A model generated the notes under the pieces. The model was not told the DNA's origin and made no database searches. It saw nothing but the letters and a program-made list of their open reading frames with translations. From Octopus vulgaris (taxonomy: Eukaryota): DNA of 64,000 nt. Where the stretch lies: positions 28,582,001-28,646,000 of the forward strand of contig OX597819.1 of NCBI GenBank assembly GCA_951406725.2. Reading direction: 5' to 3'. Shown piece after piece: positions 57,525 to 64,000 of this stretch (positions within the stretch are counted from its first letter, which is position 1; each line of letters begins with the position of its first letter). A program made the translations under genes and the position numbers.

Positions 57525-57925
57525 TTTTCTTTTACTTGTTTCAGTCATTTGAATGCGGCCATGCTGGAGCACCACCTTCTAGTCGAGTAAATCGACCCCA
57601 GGACTTATTCTTTGTAAGCCTGGTACTTATTCTGTCAGTCTCTTTTGCTGAACCACTAAGTTACGGGGACGTAAACACACCAGCATCGGTTGTCAAGCAA
57701 TGGTGGGGGGACAAACACAGACACACAAACATATACACACACACACACACATATACATATATACGATGGGCTTCTTCCAGTTTCCGTCTACCAAATCCAC
57801 TCACAAGGCTTTGGTCGACCCGAGGCTACAGTAGAAGACACTTGCCCAAGGTGCCACGCAGTGGGAATGAACCCGGAACCATGTGGTTGGTAAGCAAGCT
57901 ACTTACCACACAGTCACTCCTGCAC
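57525..57925 (-). mobile_element. SINE family A, full length
   Basis: Reverse complement of 24558-24970. Confidence 0.87.
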
Positions 57926-58916
57926 CTGTTAAACTTTCTGTGATTCCACTGTACCTCTTATGTGTCCATAGCTCACACTAAGTACACTCTATGGAATTTC
58001 TACCTACACCTTCTCTACATGCTTCTCTACAGGGCCATTGCTCTAGAGGGATTAGTAATTTGTCTGCTTTCCTGTTTACTAGGGTTTGGGTATTTGCTAA
58101 ATATATATATATATATATATATATATTAATATTTATACATGTGTATGTGTATATCCTTGTCCTAACATCATGTGATGTTTGTAAATGTGCTGCACTATCA
58201 TACAGGCAATGTTGTTTATTTCCAGTATTCTGTGGAAAAACCATGTTTGGCCATGTGAAATATTGTCTTACTTGAAAACTGGTGAGAGTTGGCAATGTGA
58301 AGGGCTTTTGTTTCCAGGCCTTGCTTCCATACCTGAAATTTCTGCCCTAATAATACAAGAGATTCAGCTATAAGACAAGGTCATCAGCATAGAGACACTC
58401 ATGTGGGTAACCAGTTTTGAATTCCCCTGTTATGATAAACAGGTCATCAGCATAGAGACACTCATGTGGGCAACCAGTTTTGAATTCCCCTGCTATGATA
58501 AACAGGCGGATGCAGAGAACTGAGCATGGGTGAATTCCTACCTGCACACTAAATTTGTTGCTATACTCATTGCTAATTTTCACCTTACTGACAGTATCCC
58601 TGTGCATGGCTTGGGTGGCCACCCAGCTGCAGAAACTACCAGATGAAAGAGCAAGGGACCTTCTGAAAGGTTTTCTTCATATTGACAATACCAAGTACAA
58701 TGGTTTATTTTTAGCTAAATGCTTCTCCTATAGTTGCCTTGCTAGGACGATAACATCAGTAGTGCTTCTCCCTGGTACACAACCAAGCTGCATCTCATCT
58801 AGGGTAACTCCCTTCCTAATTAGTTGAGCTGTGACCCGTTTCTGTAACTTTTATGACCTAGTCCATCAATTTGATACCTCTGAATTATTTCTGTATAATA
58901 TATATCATGGTAAACC

Positions 58917-59005
58917 ACTCACATGCAGATGCACACATGCAGATGCACACATGCAGATGCACACATGCAGATGCACACATGCAGATGCAGATGCACACAT
59001 GCACA
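58917..59005. repeat. 14-bp minisatellite (CACACATGCAGATG)n
   Basis: Direct reading, about 5-6 units. Confidence 0.9.
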
Positions 59006-59319
59006 TGCATAAACACACACATGCACACACAAAGAACAATATTTAAGTGGCTAGTGATTAAATGGTGACAACATTGGGTTGAAAGAGGACTTTTGTTAGA
59101 TAAAGGACATTGCAACCTGTCTAGTAATTATACTATGATTAAGTGCTCCCAGGACACTTCATAAAATGGTTGGTGGTAGGAAGAGCATCCATCCATAGAA
59201 ACAATACCAAAGTGAAATTCCTATGAAAAGAATACTCTTTTCTTTCTTTATACACCAATCTGTGTCTGTGTATGCATACATGCATGTGTACATTCATATA
59301 TACATACATAAATACATAC

Positions 59320-59890
59320 ATTATCATCATCATTTAACGTCTGTTTTCCATGCTGGTAGGGTTGGTCAGTTCGACTGGGGTCTGGGAGGCTAGGAGGCTG
59401 CACCAGGCTCCAATCTGATCTGGCAGTGTTTCTACAGCTGGATGCCCTTCCTAAATGCCAACCACTCCAAGAGTGTAATGAATGCTCTTTTACGTGCCAC
59501 CGGCACAGGGGCCAGAGGGAGCTGGCATCGACCGTGATCAGATGGTGCTTTTTACATGCCCCCAGCACAGAAGCCAGTCAAGGCGTGCTGGCATTGGCCA
59601 CATTTGAGTGGTGCTTTTTATGTGCCACCAGTATGGGGATCACAGCTACAATTTTCATTTGAATGTGATTTGATTTGATTTTGACTTTACTTGACTCAAT
59701 AGGTCTCCTAAAGCACGGCATGTCACCTTATGATCCATGGAACTTTTGAGCTGGTTATGCGACACTGATGTGAGTTACAGCTGTGAACTCACCTTATTTG
59801 CCGGGTCTTCTCAGTCACAGCATATCTCCAAAGTTCTCGGTCTCTTGTCATTGCCTCTGTGAGGCCCAACATTTGAAAGTCATGTTTCCT
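59320..59890 (-). mobile_element. Long SINE family D copy
   Basis: Core, subrepeats and tail. Confidence 0.75.
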
Positions 59891-59914
59891 GGGTCTTCTC
59901 CTTTTTACAAACGA

Positions 59915-59955
<41 letters not shown>

Positions 59956-60163
59956 GTATACATATATATATGTGTGTGTATATGTGTATATATATATTTG
60001 TGTATATATGTATGTGTGTGTGTGCATGTTTATATATATATATATATATATATATAAGAAAATGAAAAAGATGCTGACATCCCCTTAATAGGTATTTATA
60101 TCCTCAAAATTATGTATATATATATATCTGTAAAATGATATGTGACAATTATTCAATAGCCAA

Positions 60164-60224
60164 GGTAAAACTCTGAGTTTCGGATGCCGAGGTGGAAATC
60201 CACAACACCATCTCTTCGGTTATC
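60164..60224 (-). ncRNA. Degenerate hammerhead motif in a (TA)n-flanked insert
   Basis: ataa-CCGAAGA-gatg..catc-c-GAAA-ctcagag-TT-ttac; core U4 replaced by C. Confidence 0.4.
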
Positions 60225-60671
60225 TGACCATCTCCTCTATTTACATAATATTGAGGTCTCTTTCTTTCTTTTGTTATCTTACCGTTTTTACCAATATATA
60301 TATATATATACTCTAAATGCTGTACTGGGTGCATTTTATTATAGCACCAACATTAGAGAGATTGCCCTGTCCCTTGCAAAATTAAAAGAAACTTGTCTGC
60401 TCTATGTAGTCTCTGTTCTCTTCAAGATAAACATGACTCTAAAAGCTGTTTCCCACTCAGTGATCATTCCCTTCCTGTTCCCACACTGGAAGTAGGGATA
60501 CAAGAAGAATAATGATTAAGACTGAGGAAGAGATGGCAGTATGAGTGTGGCAAGAAGCAGTGTGATAAAATGGTTGGTTGAGAAGTTGGTAATGAAAGAG
60601 TCAGAGTGATAGATACACAGTTGTTGGTAGTCAATGCCTAAAGGTGTGCATGTGTTTTATAGACAGTGACA

Positions 60672-61686
<1,015 letters not shown>

Positions 61687-62429
61687 AAAATGTTATGTAT
61701 GTGTGTAGGAAGGTACACATTAGTATGTGTATGTGTACACACAACTTATGACCCTCCAGTATATTTTGCACACTTTTTCCTTTAGAGATAGTCAGTATTT
61801 TGTGGGTGCATCAATATAACCAGAAACAAAATGTTTTGAACTAATTGAAGAATTGCTGTATGAAGTGTTAATAATGTTAAATAAAATTATGGTTCTCGTA
61901 ATGGCTTGGCTCGAGGCATTAAAGGTGAGAGGAAGAACTGTCTGGGAAATATATAAGATATAAGAACGATTTGTTTTGAAAACAAGATACTGTTGGTTCA
62001 GATGGTGGCTTCATTAAGATAGAAATGAAAGAAATATATGTGTATGTGTGTCTACATCTACTGTATCTTCTTCAAGAAGTTAAACTTGTGTCAAGCTCAC
62101 AATTAACAACTGAAATCTCGAGAAAGATCATTGGTGATGGGGTACTCTAATGATCTGTTACATGGATCATGGGTTAAAGAGTTTACAGGGAAGTAGAGAT
62201 CACAAGACAGATGAGCAAAACAGGAGAATGCAGTTGGTAGCTAGTGTGAAAGGAGCGAAGGAAAGAAATAGATACAAAAGAAAAGGTTTAAAAGATTTAG
62301 AAAGAATGGAAGTCAATAGGAAGGAGATTAATGGTCAGCCGATAAGACAGTAACTTTATTAAAATAAATAACGAAAAACTCACCTCTTATTCTTGTGTGT
62401 TATTTGGAAAATTTACCAAAAATGCTATA

Positions 62430-62646
62430 TGAGTGGGTACAGAAAAGTTCCTTGTTTTGGGTAGAAGAAAACACAGGAGGATCAGTTAATCATGATTTTA
62501 TTTAACATATTCCCCTCTCAGATTCACACACTTATTGCAGCAGTCCTTAAGTTTTTCTTAGCCTTGTAAAAGAACTGGGAAGGTTGGGCCTCCAATCAAG
62601 TCTTTCACAATACCCTTAAAGCCTGGAACTTTTTGGCATCTCCTTG
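62430..62646. mobile_element. Mariner-derived MITE
   Basis: Degenerate TIRs (GAAAAGTTCC / GGAACTTTTT), TA on both flanks. Confidence 0.65.
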
Positions 62647-63748
62647 TATATCTAGTGTATTATGAATAAATAAAGCTCTGGTTTATTTAAAAAAAAATAT
62701 GCTAGTTTTTCATGTCTTTTCATGAACAGTATTGCATATCTTAGGATTCTCTTGCCAATATATCAGAAAGCACTGTGAAATCTATGCTTTATAAAAGAGG
62801 TCTAATAAGACCAAAACATATCCAGAGTTGTATCCCATATTTGTTGAAATAGCTATAAAAATATTAGTCATTGGACTAATGTTGTTGTCTTTTCTTCATA
62901 ACATAAATATTTTTAATAATATTTTTTATACTCACTGCATTAAATATGTTAACACACATATAGAAGGTGTCTCTCAGTAATTAATAACAGTAGTTTAACT
63001 TTGTAAGATAGGCTCATTCTTTATACCTCCCTAGTTACAATATTGCACATCAATTCAATGATTCAGCAAGTATGACAGCATCTATATTTTTGCTGACTGG
63101 GGAGGTCTAATAACACTGAATCTTGTCTAGATTTTTCTCCCATTATTACTGAAATGATTAAAACATTATTAGTCATTGAGTTATTAATTTTGTCATTACT
63201 TCACCACATGATTATTTTTAATTAACTTATTGATAGTCTCAACATCACCCCCTTTTAATGTCCATTCTCCATACTGGAATGGTTTGAACAGTTTGACAAG
63301 AGCTGGCCAGCTGCATAGCTGCCTGGGTACCAGTTGTCTGTTTTGGCATGATTTCTATGGCTGGATGCCCTTCCTAATGACAGCCCCTTTACAGAGTATA
63401 CTGGGTGCTTTTATGTGACACCAGCTCTAGTGCTTTTACATGGAACCCACATGGACACTTTTATGTTGAATCAGCATAGGTTCCTTTATGTGGTACTGGC
63501 ATAGACACTTATACATGGTACCAGCATAAACACTTTTACATGGCACTGTCATAGGTTCTTTTATATGGCACCAGCACCTACATTGAATATATTTGTCCCT
63601 AACTTAACTATGATTTGTCTATAACTTTTTAGTTTGTGTATAACTTAAACATAATCTATACTCTTCACAGTATCATAATTCTATTTATGATTGTGATGCT
63701 TTTATTTATAACAATTAACATGAAGGTTACAAAAAAAAAAAAGACATG

Positions 63749-63979
63749 TTAATCCTTTTGTTACCATATCTTTTTGATGAAATACACTGCTCTTGTTTCA
63801 ATTAGTTTTGAAAATAATTAGGAATTAGTAAAATAACTTGATTGTCATTAAGCTGGTGTCTGGAACATAAATTACCATGCAATTTTGGTGGAATATTTTA
63901 ATTTAAATCACTTTAAAACAGGGAGTTTGTATCAGAGAACTTGCTGTGATCTCTAGTGGATTGAAATCAAAAGCGTTAA
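63749..63979. mobile_element. Diverged copy of the piggyBac-type MITE
   Basis: TTAA ends; TTAGTAAAATAACTT..GGAACATAAATT..TTTGGTGGAA shared with 15398-15617. Confidence 0.65.
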
Positions 63980-64000
63980 TGATGATTTGTAATATTGGTT

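Larger units (their letters stand above)
56570..58850 (-). pseudogene. Decayed RTE-type LINE, interrupted by a Helitron and SINEs
   Basis: VSKVKISNEYS..QVG..LYADDL (58368-58622), IRTSWAKFRELLP (~57300-57340), WCGHLM (~56680-56700). Confidence 0.65.

Overview
AT-rich, extremely repeat-dense eukaryotic non-coding DNA (intergenic or intronic). The mix of tRNA-derived SINEs and long (TA)n, (ATT)n, (GAT)n and (CTAT)n microsatellites suggests an octopus or other coleoid genome (inference). No host protein-coding gene can be supported; nearly all long ORFs in the track are microsatellite translations. Recognisable elements are at least five SINE families, CR1-, RTE- and R4/Dong-type LINE fragments, three decayed Tc1/mariner transposons, piggyBac- and mariner-type MITEs, a non-autonomous Helitron and a probable solo LTR. 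The standout is a near-identical 491-bp tandem array at 38590-40871 (3.6 direct units plus one inverted unit, embedded in (TA)n). Every unit carries a complete type I hammerhead ribozyme with an unusually long, G.U-rich stem II, which points to a candidate retrozyme / non-autonomous Penelope-like element able to release ~491-nt (possibly circular) RNAs. Several older hammerhead-bearing, often palindromic, (TA)n-embedded relics, one fused to a tRNA-like head, are scattered across the window. All structures were read by eye; none was computed or tested.
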